From Felis catus (taxonomy: Eukaryota), in contig NC_058368.1 of NCBI RefSeq assembly GCF_018350175.1, positions 14,572,001 to 14,636,000 of the forward strand: a DNA stretch of 64,000 nucleotides, written 5' to 3'. A model generated the notes under the pieces. That model saw only the letters and a program-made list of their open reading frames with translations. It ran no database searches and was not told where the DNA came from. The translations under genes were made by a program, and so were the position numbers. The first letter of the stretch is position 1. The number at the start of each line of letters is the position of its first letter. This document shows, piece by piece, positions 37,226 to 49,120 of the stretch.

Positions 37226-37433
37226 TTTTTTCCTTTAACATTTATTTATTTATTGTGAGAGTGTGTGCACAAGTATGGGAGTGGCAGAGAAAGAGGATGA
37301 GAGAGAATCCCAAGCAGGCTCTGTGCTATCAGCGCAGAGCCCTATGAGGGGCTCAATCTCACGACTGCAAGATCACCGCCTGAGCCCGTGTCAGGAGTTG
37401 GACATCCAACTGGCTGAGTCATCCAGGCGCTCC
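37226..37433 (-). mobile_element. CanSINE (diverged)
   Basis: gagagagaatcccaagcaggctctgtgct...ctgagtcatccaggcgctcc. Confidence 0.88.
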
Positions 37434-37459
37434 TACCCCTCGTCTTCGAAAAATTCTCT

Positions 37460-37990
37460 ATGTATACTTGCCAAATGGCCCAGTGATCCTACTCTTAGGT
37501 ATCTCCCCCAAATAAAATGAAAATATACGTTTTGACAAACACTTGTAAAGAAATTTTCATAGCACCTAAAAACTGGAAATAACCCAAGTATTCATTTACT
37601 GGTGAAGGTACATGCAAATTGCGATGCATCCATGGAAGGGATACTGCTCAACAGGAGAAAGGAATGAAGTGCTGGGTTGTATACAACGGGGATGGATCTC
37701 AGAGGCATTGTGCCAGGTGAAATAGACCAGACGCAAAACACCACAGACAGTGTACGATTCCATTTAAATGACATTCTAGAAAAGGTATAAGAACAGAAAA
37801 CAGAAAGACAGCTGTGGGGGGCTGGGGTATAGATCGTGGGTGTGACGGGGGACACAGGGAACTTCGGGGTGGGGGGAAGGAGTGGAAATTTGCTTGTAGC
37901 TAACACCCAACTGTGTGCATTTGTGACCCAACCACACAACTAAGAGGAGGCATGTAAATTATACCTCAGTAAACCCGATGTTTAAAAAAG
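37460..37990 (+). mobile_element. Old L1 (L1ME/MB-like) 3' region
   Basis: cccagtgatcctactcttaggtat; aaactggaaataacccaag; acgattccatttaaatgacattctagaaaagg; tgtaaattatacctcagtaaa. Confidence 0.75.
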
Positions 37991-39317
37991 CAACATTTTC
38001 TTCCTTAGCCCAATGTAATGAAACTAGGTTTTTTTTAAATCCCTTTCCTTTTAGATCCAAGCAATAGCGTCATCCTTAAAATATACATAGTTTTTAAAGA
38101 ACAGTAGGGAAACCCGGACTTGAAATGTGGGTGCTGAACCCATCCTACTGGGCAAATGAAGCGAACGGACCCATATTCTACCACAGCAAGAGCAGCTCCT
38201 GGTGTCCAAGAGGCTTGAGTGGCTCGGGAAAGCATTTAATCCAGGAGTGTGTTTCTGCAGCTTTGTGTTAATCAGATTCCACATGACCGCATTGACCTTT
38301 GTTCTCCTTCTGGCGGAATCTCCCACGTTGGGGGGGAGTCTGTTTAGTTTTAGCCGGCGTCCCAGGGTACACGCAAAACTGTAGTCACCCCAGTACTCGA
38401 TGTGCCTGAGAAAAACAGAGGGAAGGAGAAAGAATTGATGCAGGACAGCGGGTCAGCGCCAGGAGCTATGCCTCGGGACAGAAAGTGTGCTGTCCCCGCT
38501 GAACCCCACCCCCAAACCTCAGCCTCCCTTCTCCGGGACTGGTGCCATGGCCCCAGGCAGTGGAGGCAGCAACACAAATAAATAGAAGAGCTGTTTCATT
38601 AAAATCTCCGTACGACGCGGTGGAGCCCTGGGTGCAGTCTTCTGTGACCCCTGGAACAGAGGAGGCCACGTGTTAAAGACAAGATTGCCCCTGAGGCCAG
38701 TCTCCAGAGCGGGACAGGGACAGGGCGGCCCAGGGTCAGCCGGGGCAGCCTCCAGCTGGAGGGCGATGTCAGGCCTCTGCAGCATCAGCAGCTTGGCGGC
38801 TCAGAGACTGAAGCCGCCTCGGGAGAACAGGGCAGCAGGAAACTCATGCCCACAGTGAGATAGCAAATCTGCAGGAGGTCCCGGCCCTGATCATGAGCAG
38901 GGGGGAAGCTGAGGCAGGCTGGGGTTCCTACAAAGAGGGTAGGTCCGGAGTTGTTTTATTTAAACGCTTTCTTACTATTATATTAACTTATAATTGTCCA
39001 CATCCCTCCTCATATCCTCCAGCTAGTGTGGGGCTGGGGGTAGCACAGGCCAGTGACACTAAGAAACTGGATTTCTGTGCTGTATAACATGGCTGTGCAA
39101 CCACATTCCTCCTCTCGGCTTCTAAAATTCCCACCTGCATTATATATAAATCTCCTTAAAGGTTCCGTCTCTGCATGCATTTCCCGGGAGCTCTGGTGCA
39201 TAGCAACTGAATCAGCATCCAGGCCTGCTTAATTAATAAAATGAGTCTGGGTACATCTGCAATCCTTCCAAGCAATTACGGCCTTTCTCCCATTCCTACA
39301 TGCAATTCAGCCTGTTA

Positions 39318-39318
39318 G

Positions 39319-39356
<38 letters not shown>
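39318..39356. repeat. (GC)n(CA)n alternating purine-pyrimidine microsatellite
   Basis: gcgcgcgcacacaca... directly visible. Confidence 0.95.
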
Positions 39357-39359
<3 letters not shown>

Positions 39360-41424
39360 CCACAGTGCGCCAAATGAGTATCTTGCCTTGAAAAAAAAAT
39401 CCTTTAAGATACAACTTACTTTGATGGAGGCCTTTCGGTAATTTCTTTTTCTAAATTGTGCTTTTGCTTTGCTTGGTATCTGAGAAACCCCAGGCTTAGC
39501 ACCAAACGGAGGCCTCATAGTTTTGTTGAATGGATTGTAACCTCAGGTCTGTTGCATAATCTCTCCCTGAGCATTAATTTTGCCATCTTTTAATGAAGAT
39601 AATCATACCACTCCTATAGCATCGAGGTGAGGATTAGAGACACTATGCGTTAAGCATGTGGTGCATCACGGCTATAAAGCATATTCAGCATTTTGTACAT
39701 CACACAAATACTGGGGAGGAATAGAAACCCATCCTTTCATCCTCAATCTGCCACTAAGTTGTTGGCTAACCTCTAGAAAACCTTTTAACTCTCTTCCTTT
39801 TTGTGGAGATGTTAGCACGGGCACCTGCAGGAATTTTTCAAACATTGTATGAGATGTTATAGATAAAAACAGGTTAAAAAGTAGAAATTGTTACTCACTT
39901 TTTAGAGCTTTGGGACCATTGTGCTTCCCTCAGAGTTAACCAAACTTTTCTTGCCCCTCCAATTACCCCTCCTTGGCTATCGAATTGATAGGTGCTTCCA
40001 TAAGAGCCCATCTTGTGTGGTTCAGGCACAGCTCATCTGTGGATTGCTCACATGTACATTCATTTCCACTCCAATTCGGTTCAGCAGGAGCATTTCCCAG
40101 CCCCGCTGGGGTCTCCCAGTACTTCTGAGAAAAAGAAACCCGCCCACGTCCGTAAATAGTGTTGTCCTGTCTTTTTTTTTTTTTTCCCTAGGAAATGCTG
40201 CTCAAGTTCCCTTTTCTGCACCTCGAGCTATCGGGAACCGCGCGGTATTTATTTATTTATTTTGCTCATCCACTCTCATTGGAGGTGGTTTTCCCTCTCC
40301 TCATCTTTTGGGGCTGTCACCCTTTGTAGATCATTCTTATTAAGCATTAACTTGGTGAATGGATGAACGTCACTTGGGAACAGCTCTAGAATATTGCAAA
40401 ACATAAAGCAGTCAGTGAAAACATCTGCAAAACTTGGCAATCTACTGTGGTTTCAATGAGCTCGGGGCCAAGTCCTTGACAGGCCTTGAGGTCCTCAGAG
40501 AATGCAGTGCAGGGAAGATTTATTTGGGGAAAGGGCGAGAAATGTCACTTTGTACTTCAGGTATGAAGTAGAATCGGTCAGCATTTGCAAGCATGAGTCA
40601 TTGTCTAATCTTACCCTTCACAGATGTCGTCTAAACTGCCCTCACCCTGATTCCAACAAGTCCTTGCGGTGCTTTGAAAGAGGCTTAACACCCAGGGCCA
40701 TCCCTTGAGGGGCTTGGGGAGCCGGCACCCTCTGGGCTAGCCCCTGATCTCTGGGTTCCACTGACCGCCCTGTCTTTCCCATCACCTCTTGTACCAGTGG
40801 CCTGGCAGGGGATTAGGTCCCACTCTCCACAGTCACCTCCTTCTGAGACCACCCAGTGTTCTGGGCTCCAGCTTTGGGGCCTCCTCTGTGGCCACCCAGT
40901 CAGCTCAGGGAGGCCCTGCTGACTGGCAGCAGGAGTCTGACTCCCCAGCCAGCAGCCAGCAGGCCTCCTGTACCCACTGAGAAGCAGCAGAATTAAAGCA
41001 GGTGGGATGGCGTGGCTTCCATTTTTGCGTCCCCAACATCGCGCATGGATTACATACATATTTCCAGAGTGTGGCTTTTACTCTTGGCACTTTACACACT
41101 CATTTAGGGCAGGAAGAAAAATTGGGCCCCTTTCCTAGCAGTCAATTTCTGAATAATTCTAGGGCTTGGGTCACAAAGTGATGCTATTTGGGGTCCACGA
41201 AGGGGATGTAGGTATTTGGATCTTTCTTTTTTTCCCCTGGTCTTATAAGGACAAAGTTTCATGGTTGTGTTTCCTTTCAACTTCAGACTTTGAGATGTTG
41301 GACCCCCTTTTGTGATCACTGATAAAACATCACCCCACATTTCAGAGTATTTACTTCAGAACCAAGGACAGTTTTTTGTACCTTATAAAATCCAGTATGC
41401 ATTGAATGTCTAATTTGGCCGTCA

Positions 41425-41745
41425 CAGCAGAACTATATTATGACTTTAATGGGCCCTGAGCACCTTTCCTTTTGTGGGCTCCTCTCTCCATATAAGTAAA
41501 TAAGCAAGGAAGAAAATAAACAAACAAGTAAATAAGTAAAAAAAAAAGAAAGAGAGAGAGAGAGAGAGAATTAAAATTCCAAATGTCTGTGTTGGTGTAA
41601 GACAAGTGTAATCCAGGCTGAGTTCATTACAAGTATTCGATTCATCATTTTTCTGACTTAAAAGTGAAAACAATTTCAGGACCCCTAAAAATATCATGGG
41701 TCCCAGGCACTCTTCCTGCTGCACCCAATGGAGAAGTCAATCTTG
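41425..41745. mobile_element. Non-autonomous hAT-type DNA transposon (MER96B-like; family assignment uncertain)
   Basis: tattatgactttaatgggccctgagcac..., taatccaggctgagttcatt, ggacccctaaaaatatcatgggtcccaggcac resemble a recalled hAT MER consensus. Confidence 0.6.
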
Positions 41746-42189
41746 TACTGAGGCTGCCTGAGGCAGCTTATGGGTTGTAGTGTCTTTGCAACCTGGCCTG
41801 GAGCCCAGAAGATTCCCAGTGCCTGCACTGTGGTGAGGAGCTGGTTTGAGTTGTTTTTCTATTCCTCTCTCTCCTTCCACACACACAAATCTGGACTTTC
41901 CTGAGGCTAGGGATCATGTCTTACTTATCTTTGAATCCCACCCTCTTACCTGCCTTCTTTACTTATTCAATACAAGTTAGTGGAATTAAATTAAATGTCT
42001 CAGGTGGCATTTCACAGCCACATCACAAAGATGGAAACTTAACAAGTCCTTCAGTCAGTAGAAGCCATATGCATGGTTTTATGGAGATAATCTAAGAGAC
42101 AAACGATGGTGCCGTTTCTCTCGCTTTCTGACGACAGAATGGTGGAGACACATAAAGAAAACAACTGTCATCTGGTCAAGCCGTGAGGC

Positions 42190-42440
42190 ACCCCGGTTAG
42201 GAGCAGGATTCAGAGCCCTTCAGTCTGACCTTGACCCCACCATCCCCACCTATCGGTTCCAAGGCTTTGGACAAGTTTTTTAAACTTTGTAAAGTTTTAT
42301 CACTTTTGACTTGGGATAATAATAATAATAATTAATAATAATAATAATAGCAACCTCATTAAAAGAGATAATACATGTAAAGATATTAGGACATGACACG
42401 GCCTGGTACATAGATGATTCAGTATAGTAGCTCTTCTTAG
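42190..42440 (+). mobile_element. MIR remnant containing (AAT)n at 42316-42349
   Basis: gctttggacaagttttttaaac..., gagataatacatgtaaag...cctggtacatag. Confidence 0.6.
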
Positions 42441-43184
42441 TAACAATGGTCTTGTCCTGTATCAGTACTGACTTATCTGTATCTTACTGGTTCCATCCTT
42501 AGCTCCAGAAATTTCTGCCTATCACCTCAAACAGTGCGTGTTCAAAACTTAACTCCTTTTCTTACATCAAAACACACGTTCTGTGTTCTTTTCTCCTGTA
42601 CTCTAAGCTCACTGAAGGCCTGTCAGGCCTGTCTGTGCCTTTGCTCTTTGTTTTTTCTAGAGCCTAGTCAATTGTCTTTATAGGAGGTGTGAGATAGTTA
42701 CACAGTGATGTTAGCTAAGTGACTATAGCCTAGAGATGTGTAGTGCTTGATTTTCCCCTAGAAGTGTGGGGGAGCTGGGGTTCATGGGGGATCTGGTTAG
42801 CACAAATTTCTATGGCATTGAGGGTTTTCCATCAAGCTCTATCATATACACCCCTTTGTTGCCTCGGTGCTGGGAGACTTACCATAGAGAGACAGGTACA
42901 AGTTTGAGGAAGCAGAAATAAATCTGGAGGCAACCTTTTTTCAGAGCACATTGGAACCACACAGAGCCACTAGATGAAAGACTGTTCTTAAAGTGAACCT
43001 GAAGCTTTGTCAACGCAGGGATTAAAAAACAAGAATGTCTCGATGCGGTAGGATAACATCTTTGATATTTGAGGGGACATATGAACTGACTTTTAAAATC
43101 TCTCTCCTAGTAATCCTTCTTCTTCCCGTGCTTTCCCTCATTCTGTGCAGCCTGGAGGCTGGGTAGATGGCACCAGACCAGACA

Positions 43185-44070
43185 CCTCTTGCAATACCCA
43201 CAGAGGAGTCCATGCCGTGTTGTTTTGGGCTCCTGTGGTGACCTAAGGAGACTCTTTCTCGATGTCCAGAGCTTTATATCCTGCAACTGAAAGGGGAGGA
43301 TGTCCCACTTTGGTGGCACCAATCTTCACCTCCAAATGGAGCAGTACATCTACAAAAGGAAAAGGTGATGGCATCTATGTCACAAATATGCAAAGAACCT
43401 GGGGGAAGTTTCTGCTTGCAGCCTGAGCCACCGTTGATGTCAGTGTCACGTCCGCCAGGAATACTGGCCACCAGGCTGTGCTGAAGTTGGCCGCCACCAT
43501 GGGATCTGCTCCTATTCCTGGCCGCTTCACTCCTGGAACCTTTATTGACCAGATCCAGCCTCGAAGGAGCCAAGATTTGTGGTAGTTACCAATCCCAGCC
43601 TCTCGCACAGGCGCCTTATGTTGCCCTGCCTACCATTGCCCTGTGTAACACAGACTCTCCTCTGTGCTATGCGGACATTGCCATCCCGTGCAACAACAGA
43701 CCTAGTGGGTGGTAGAGCCTGAGGTCTACTTCTAGAGACATCCTGAAGAGATTGAGAAGGAAGAGCAGGCTGCTCCTGAAAAGGCCAGGACCAAGGAGGA
43801 CTCTCAGGGCAAATGGACTGTTCCAGCTCCCTGGTTTACTGCTACTCAATCCAAGGTCACAGACTAGTCAGACAGTGCAGGTGCCCTCTGCGCCTGTCCG
43901 GTGGTTCCCTCCTGCAGCCTGGAACGTTCCACCTGCCACTGAAGACTGGTCTGCAACTCCCACTGCTCAGGCCACTGGAAGGAGGAACGATACTGTCTGT
44001 TCTTCCACAGACTCTTAAACAGAAAACGGAAATAAGGTTGAAGGAAAATAAACACTTAAAAAAACAAAAA
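43185..44070 (+). pseudogene. RPSA: Processed (retro) pseudogene of RPSA (40S ribosomal protein SA / 37-67 kDa laminin receptor)
   Basis: An RPSA-like 5'UTR (cagaggagtccatgccgtgttgttttggg) precedes the ATG at 43262 (atgtccagagc). Colinear, intronless RPSA blocks follow: [97 protein letters not shown]. An RPSA-like 3'UTR, AATAAA (~44047) and an A-rich tail end it. Multiple frameshifts, stops and deletions are present. Confidence 0.95.
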
Positions 44071-44344
44071 GGAGAAGAGAGAACTGCCTCTTACCTTGGT
44101 TTTCCAAAGCCTGAACACATTACAGGTATTGTTTCGTGCCTCCAAGCATACGTGAATGTACAGGAAATTTCCCTGAGGGAAAAAACCCTCAAGAATGAAA
44201 AAGGATTTCCCCCTCCAGCTTCTTTAAAAAAAAAAAAAAAAAAAAAAAAACAGTCCCCAGGAATGGGAGTGGAGTCCCAGGATGGCTGCATGAGAAGATG
44301 CCCTGACAGTTTTCTGGAACAGAGTCTTAAAAGTCAAGACCCCA

Positions 44345-44566
44345 GGGGCTCCTGGGTGGCTCGGTGGGTTGAGCAATGGACACTTGATCTTGGCTCGGGC
44401 CATACTCTTGTAGTTCCTGAGATTGAGCCCCATGTCAGGCTCTGTGCTGACAGCTCAGAGCCTGCTTGGAATCTTTCTCTCCCTTTCTCTCTCTCTGTCC
44501 TTCCCCTACTTGTGCATGCTCGCTCTCTCGCTCTCTCGCTCTCAAAATAAATAACTAAACTTAAAA
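44345..44566 (+). mobile_element. CanSINE
   Basis: Perfect 16-bp TSD aaaagtcaagacccca at 44329-44344 and 44567-44582. Confidence 0.95.
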
Positions 44567-45152
44567 AAAAGTCAAGACCCCAAAGAGAGATTGCAGGTTG
44601 GGCTGGAACCCCGGGGAACAGCAGAAAGAACTTATTTCTATGTCTCTCCTCTGTGAAAAGAGCCTTGACCTGAGGGGATATGTGGACAGTCTCAGAGCAG
44701 ATGACTCAGGGACTAAATCTGCACACCACCCCAACCCTCCTGCCTCCATATAATCAAGTTCATGGAATATCAACACCACTCTGGGAAAAATGGGGAGAGA
44801 AAACCTAACTCTAAGGGGAATTAGAAGACCTAATTCTGACCAACAGGAACTTGAAATAGGAATAAAGTTATGGAAAAATTGAAAAATTTAAAAGCGTATA
44901 GTTCTTAGACCACTGAATTTGTGGATGAGACTCATTCTGGCTACAGTAGCAGGGACCCATGTCAAAGATGCCAGCCCCAGCAGAGACAATCCCCCAGGAT
45001 GGCCAGTGGCCTGTACCCAGAGAGAAAGAAGAGGAAGCTTTGTCTCTCACAGCCAGGACTGGGTGGATTCTATTTGACTATTGGACTCAAGATTTTGGTG
45101 CCTGATGTGGGCACCACCAGGTGAGAAGCCTCCCTATGTGATAAAGAATGCT

Positions 45153-45602
45153 GGGGCGCCTGGGTGGCTCAGTCGGTTGAGCGTCCGACTTCGGCTCAGG
45201 TCATGATCTCGCGGTTTGTGGGTTTGGGCCCCGCGTCGGGCTCTGTGCTGACAGCTCGGAGCCTGGAGCCTGCTTCTGCTTCTGTGTCTCCCTCTCTCTC
45301 TGCCCCTCCCCTGCTCACGCTCTCTCTGTCTGTCTTCCAATAAGAAATAAACATTGGGGCGCCTGGGTGGCTCAGTCGGTTGAGCGTCCGACTTCGGCTC
45401 AGGTCATGATCTCACGGACTGTGAGTTCGAGCCCCGTGTCGGGCTCTGTGCTGACAGCTCAGAGCCTGGAGCCTGCTTCAGATTCTGTGTCTCCCTCTCT
45501 CTCTGACCCTCCCCCATTCATGCTCTGTCTCTATCTCAAAAATAAATAAACATTAAAAAAAATTAAAAAAAAAAGAAATAAACGTTAAAAAAATTTTTTT
45601 AA
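45153..45602 (+). mobile_element. CanSINE (outer element of nested pair)
   Basis: TSD aaagaatgct at 45143-45152 and 45603-45612. Confidence 0.93.
45356..45572 (+). mobile_element. CanSINE nested in the tail of the preceding SINE
   Basis: TSD aagaaataaacatt (45342-45355) / aagaaataaacgtt (45573-45586). Confidence 0.93.
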
Positions 45603-48058
45603 AAAGAATGCTGCTCAGCATGTCTTATTTTGGACCTGTTTTGCTGCCTGACACATAGTAGGTACTCGATGTTGAATGAATAAATGAAAGTCTGAGCTTC
45701 TCTGGAGCTTTCCTTTCTCTTGTTGCTAGAGGGGAGTCGAATTGTTCCTCTACAGCCCTCGGATACCAGAGCCGATATTGACAGTTCTGGCCCAGGGCTA
45801 CTCAGATGCCACAGAGGACCGACTAGGTGACTCATCCTCCAGGAGTGAGTCTGATAGTTTGGAAGCCCTTTACCCCCAGCTGTTGCCAAAACACCCTGTT
45901 TTATAATGGCCTGTTGACTTTTTCCCTCCCTAGTCTGTAAATTACTGGAGCATGACAAGTATATCCCTAGCACAATGCCTGGCAAATGTTTGCGGAATTA
46001 AATGATAATGTGCTAAAATCACGCCAGATGAGCCTGACGAACCAAGGCCAGGCAATGGCTGCACAGACGGAGCTCAGTGTCATCAAGAGGCCGTAAACTG
46101 ATCGTCTCTGATCTGTGCTACTTACTTTTCACAAGGTGCTTACGTTGTTAATAACCTCTATTTCTGAAGTGTCTGAATTTCCGATAGGAAACGCCGATGT
46201 CAAGCAAGCCGACCTGGGTCAGAGCAGCAGGCTGAACGACCAGGGGGTCGGACAATACCTCTGCTCTACTGCCCACCAAGGTGCAGAGGGTCATGGGAGA
46301 GAGAGGGGAAGAGAGGAGCCTGTGCTTGTCCTCACTAGATGTCTGAAGCTGAGAGAGGAATCATGGAGCTCAGCACACAAAATGCAGCAGAGTAGATGTT
46401 ACAGGCCCAGGGAGCTGCGGGGTTGCAAGAGGGATCTTGTGGGACCTAGCTGGTCCATTCCCTGGGGAATGGGATGATGCACAGGTGCCCCCTGGTGGTC
46501 TTCCTGAGAACTTCAAGGCTCTGAAAGCCCGGTGGTCTCCAGCAGAGAAGGCATGGCCACCTGGAGAAGCAGCACCACCCGTTAGGCAAAGAAGAGTCAA
46601 TCGGGGGCAGAGGAGCCACAGTGCCTTAATTAAGTGCCTGACACTGGGATGTCTTCTTAGTGAGTCTGTGCCCAGTTAGTCTATGTGGATTGATTTTGTG
46701 ATTACATCTTGAAGTCCAGCCGCCAGGAGCCTTGATAAAATCTTTACATCTACGTTAATCAGGGAATCCAGGTAAGCACCATGGAGCATTTACCAGATGC
46801 ATCCAGCAGACGAAAGCCTCCACTGAGGAGATCAGTGCACCCAGGGCCAACATTAATTGTCAAGTTCAGTAGCCAAAAAGGGCTGAGCGGTAAGGATGGA
46901 ACTGGGGAACCGGGTGGGGCCGGCATGGACATGCCTGGAGAACTTGCTGAGAAACTACGGAAGCCAGGTGCTGGAGAAGAGCACAGACCTCCATTCCTGA
47001 GCTCTCGGCAACAGGATGGCCTCCTATCACAACCTGGGGGAGGTGGGGTCCGGACCCAGGCTGCTGCCGGTTGGCTGAAAGAGCATCGAGACTTTCCCAA
47101 TGAAGCAGGAATTATTTCACAGATTAGGACTTATTCTAGGGGAGTGAGGGGGAGCTCTAGGTTCCTTTCATCTCCATACACAAATGAATCACCCCATTTT
47201 TGCAGCAGGTGGTTATGTGTTATCTTAATGAGTCGTGTTTAACCAAAGGGGTTTTAGATGGCAAGGTATTGCATGGTTCATAGGTGGGCAAGACATGTGG
47301 GCAGATGATTTTTTTCTTACCATAAAACAAATGGGTTAAAAATAAGAATGATTTCATACACTGAGCCCTGTTCAAGAATCTGGAGCCCAAACGATCATGT
47401 AGTCTTAAACCGTTTCATTACAAAATCACAGCTTCTGTGCCTCTAAAAGTTACCAAAGCAGCTGTTTTCAGAGTGTGGCTCAAAATTTCTCTTCAAAAAA
47501 GCACACAGTAGTTAACCAGATTAAAGGTTTAAAAACATGAGCGAACAGTACTTTGCCTCTTCTAACAGTCACATACCCATTGAATGGACAGCTACAGTGA
47601 GGCTTTTAGGATCTGGCTAGATGTTTCACGATAACTGAAATGGGGAAAGAACAAAGGCAACCTGGCTTCCTTTCACCGGTTCACATCGAGGATGCACGTT
47701 TCACCATGTGGGGGCCTTACTCAGTGCCCCTCAAATACACGGCTACAGCAAACATACTTTCTTCTGGCTTCTTGGAAAAGACAGGCTTCGAGAAGTGATT
47801 CCTGAGAAAAGCAATACCCCCCAATGAAAAACTGGTCATAAAACATAAAAGAGAAACTCCCCTGCTCTCAGCAGCAGTAATGCGTTTTCTACTGTATCCT
47901 GCCTTCTAAAGGCTTCAAACAGTGAAAGAGCCGAATTTGAAACATTTGCCACATTAAGGCAAAATTGAGCTTAGCCAGGATCTTTATGGGTCTTATAAAT
48001 ATTTATACTTAATAACATCTGGGCTGAGCCTTAGTTTCTAGGCTCATGTTTGCTGAAC

Positions 48059-48061
<3 letters not shown>

Positions 48062-48089
<28 letters not shown>

Positions 48090-48090
48090 T
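48062..48090. repeat. (CT)n microsatellite
   Basis: Directly visible. Confidence 0.9.
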
Positions 48091-48099
48091 TTAAATGAG

Positions 48100-49120
48100 A
48101 AAGGATGTCGGGGAGGACACCTTTAGTTTGGTATTTTACAGTTTTTGTATTCGTTTCTCTTAGCGTATCTCACAAGAGCCAAGCCGGGTCTGTGTGATTT
48201 ATTCATTTTATTGCTAATCAAGAGGCACAAAGTGAAGCAGAATGGGAGAAAAGGGGCAAATCGAAGGTGTGAGGTCTCCCAGGACCAGCTCACACAGCTG
48301 AGGGTTGCACAATTATCTGCAAATGTCAGGGCCCCAAATCCACTTTTGCCCGAATTATATGATTGACTGTCCCAAAGGTCCCGAATTTCCCCTAAATAAT
48401 TGCATAATGTCCGTACTTTGTTTTAGCTGAGGAGACGTAGTCACAAAAGTGAAACAAATGTGGTTGATCTCGCCGGGTTCTCCAAAAGCTTTTCAGGAGG
48501 TGATTTATTCGTTTTGGACAGGTCAAAATCAGCCATGTTTGCGTACCCAAGAGAGCCAGTACGTCTTTCAAGTTCAAAGGACAAAAATGTGTGACTGCAA
48601 ATGAAGTCCACCCTCGATTTTCTGCACAGGGAGAAGAAAAGGCTGTTCAAAGCTCACTGGTGTTGGGTTTGGAAATGGGTCTGTGCTCCCCATCAGATTC
48701 AACGCTTTTAAGTTTTGTGGACATTCCCTTCCGGCAAAGCAAAGCGAGGAACCTTCTAAGGAAGGTGCCAGAAGGAGATGGCCTTTCCCATCTCTTCTCT
48801 TGTTTATACCTCAATAAAACCCGGGCGGGAAGCGGGGCTCTCTTGCAGGCTCTGAAAGGTTTCAGGAAAAGCTGCACTGCCCTCCCAAATGTCCCTGGAG
48901 CAAAAATGGCAGCCTAATTTATGTTGCGAGGGCCTTCCTGGCAGCGATGAATGCTGCAGACAGAGCCCGCACGGAGTACAAGAGACCTACACGTCAGTGA
49001 AGTGAGGAATTAAAACGTTAGCATTTCCTGCGGAAGAGGGAGCTGTCATCTCGGAAAATAATTAAATGGTGAGTGGCTGTCAATGGAGTTGAAAGATTTG
49101 CCTCAGGTGAAGCCAAGATG
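48100..49120. promoter_or_regulatory. Candidate developmental enhancer (transposon-poor, motif-rich)
   Basis: TGATTTAT twice (48195, 48501), TCF/LEF-type GTTCAAAG twice (within 48571-48580 and at 48645), TTTTATTG, several TGTCA and a YY1-like AAAATGGCAGC. No functional data. Confidence 0.3.
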
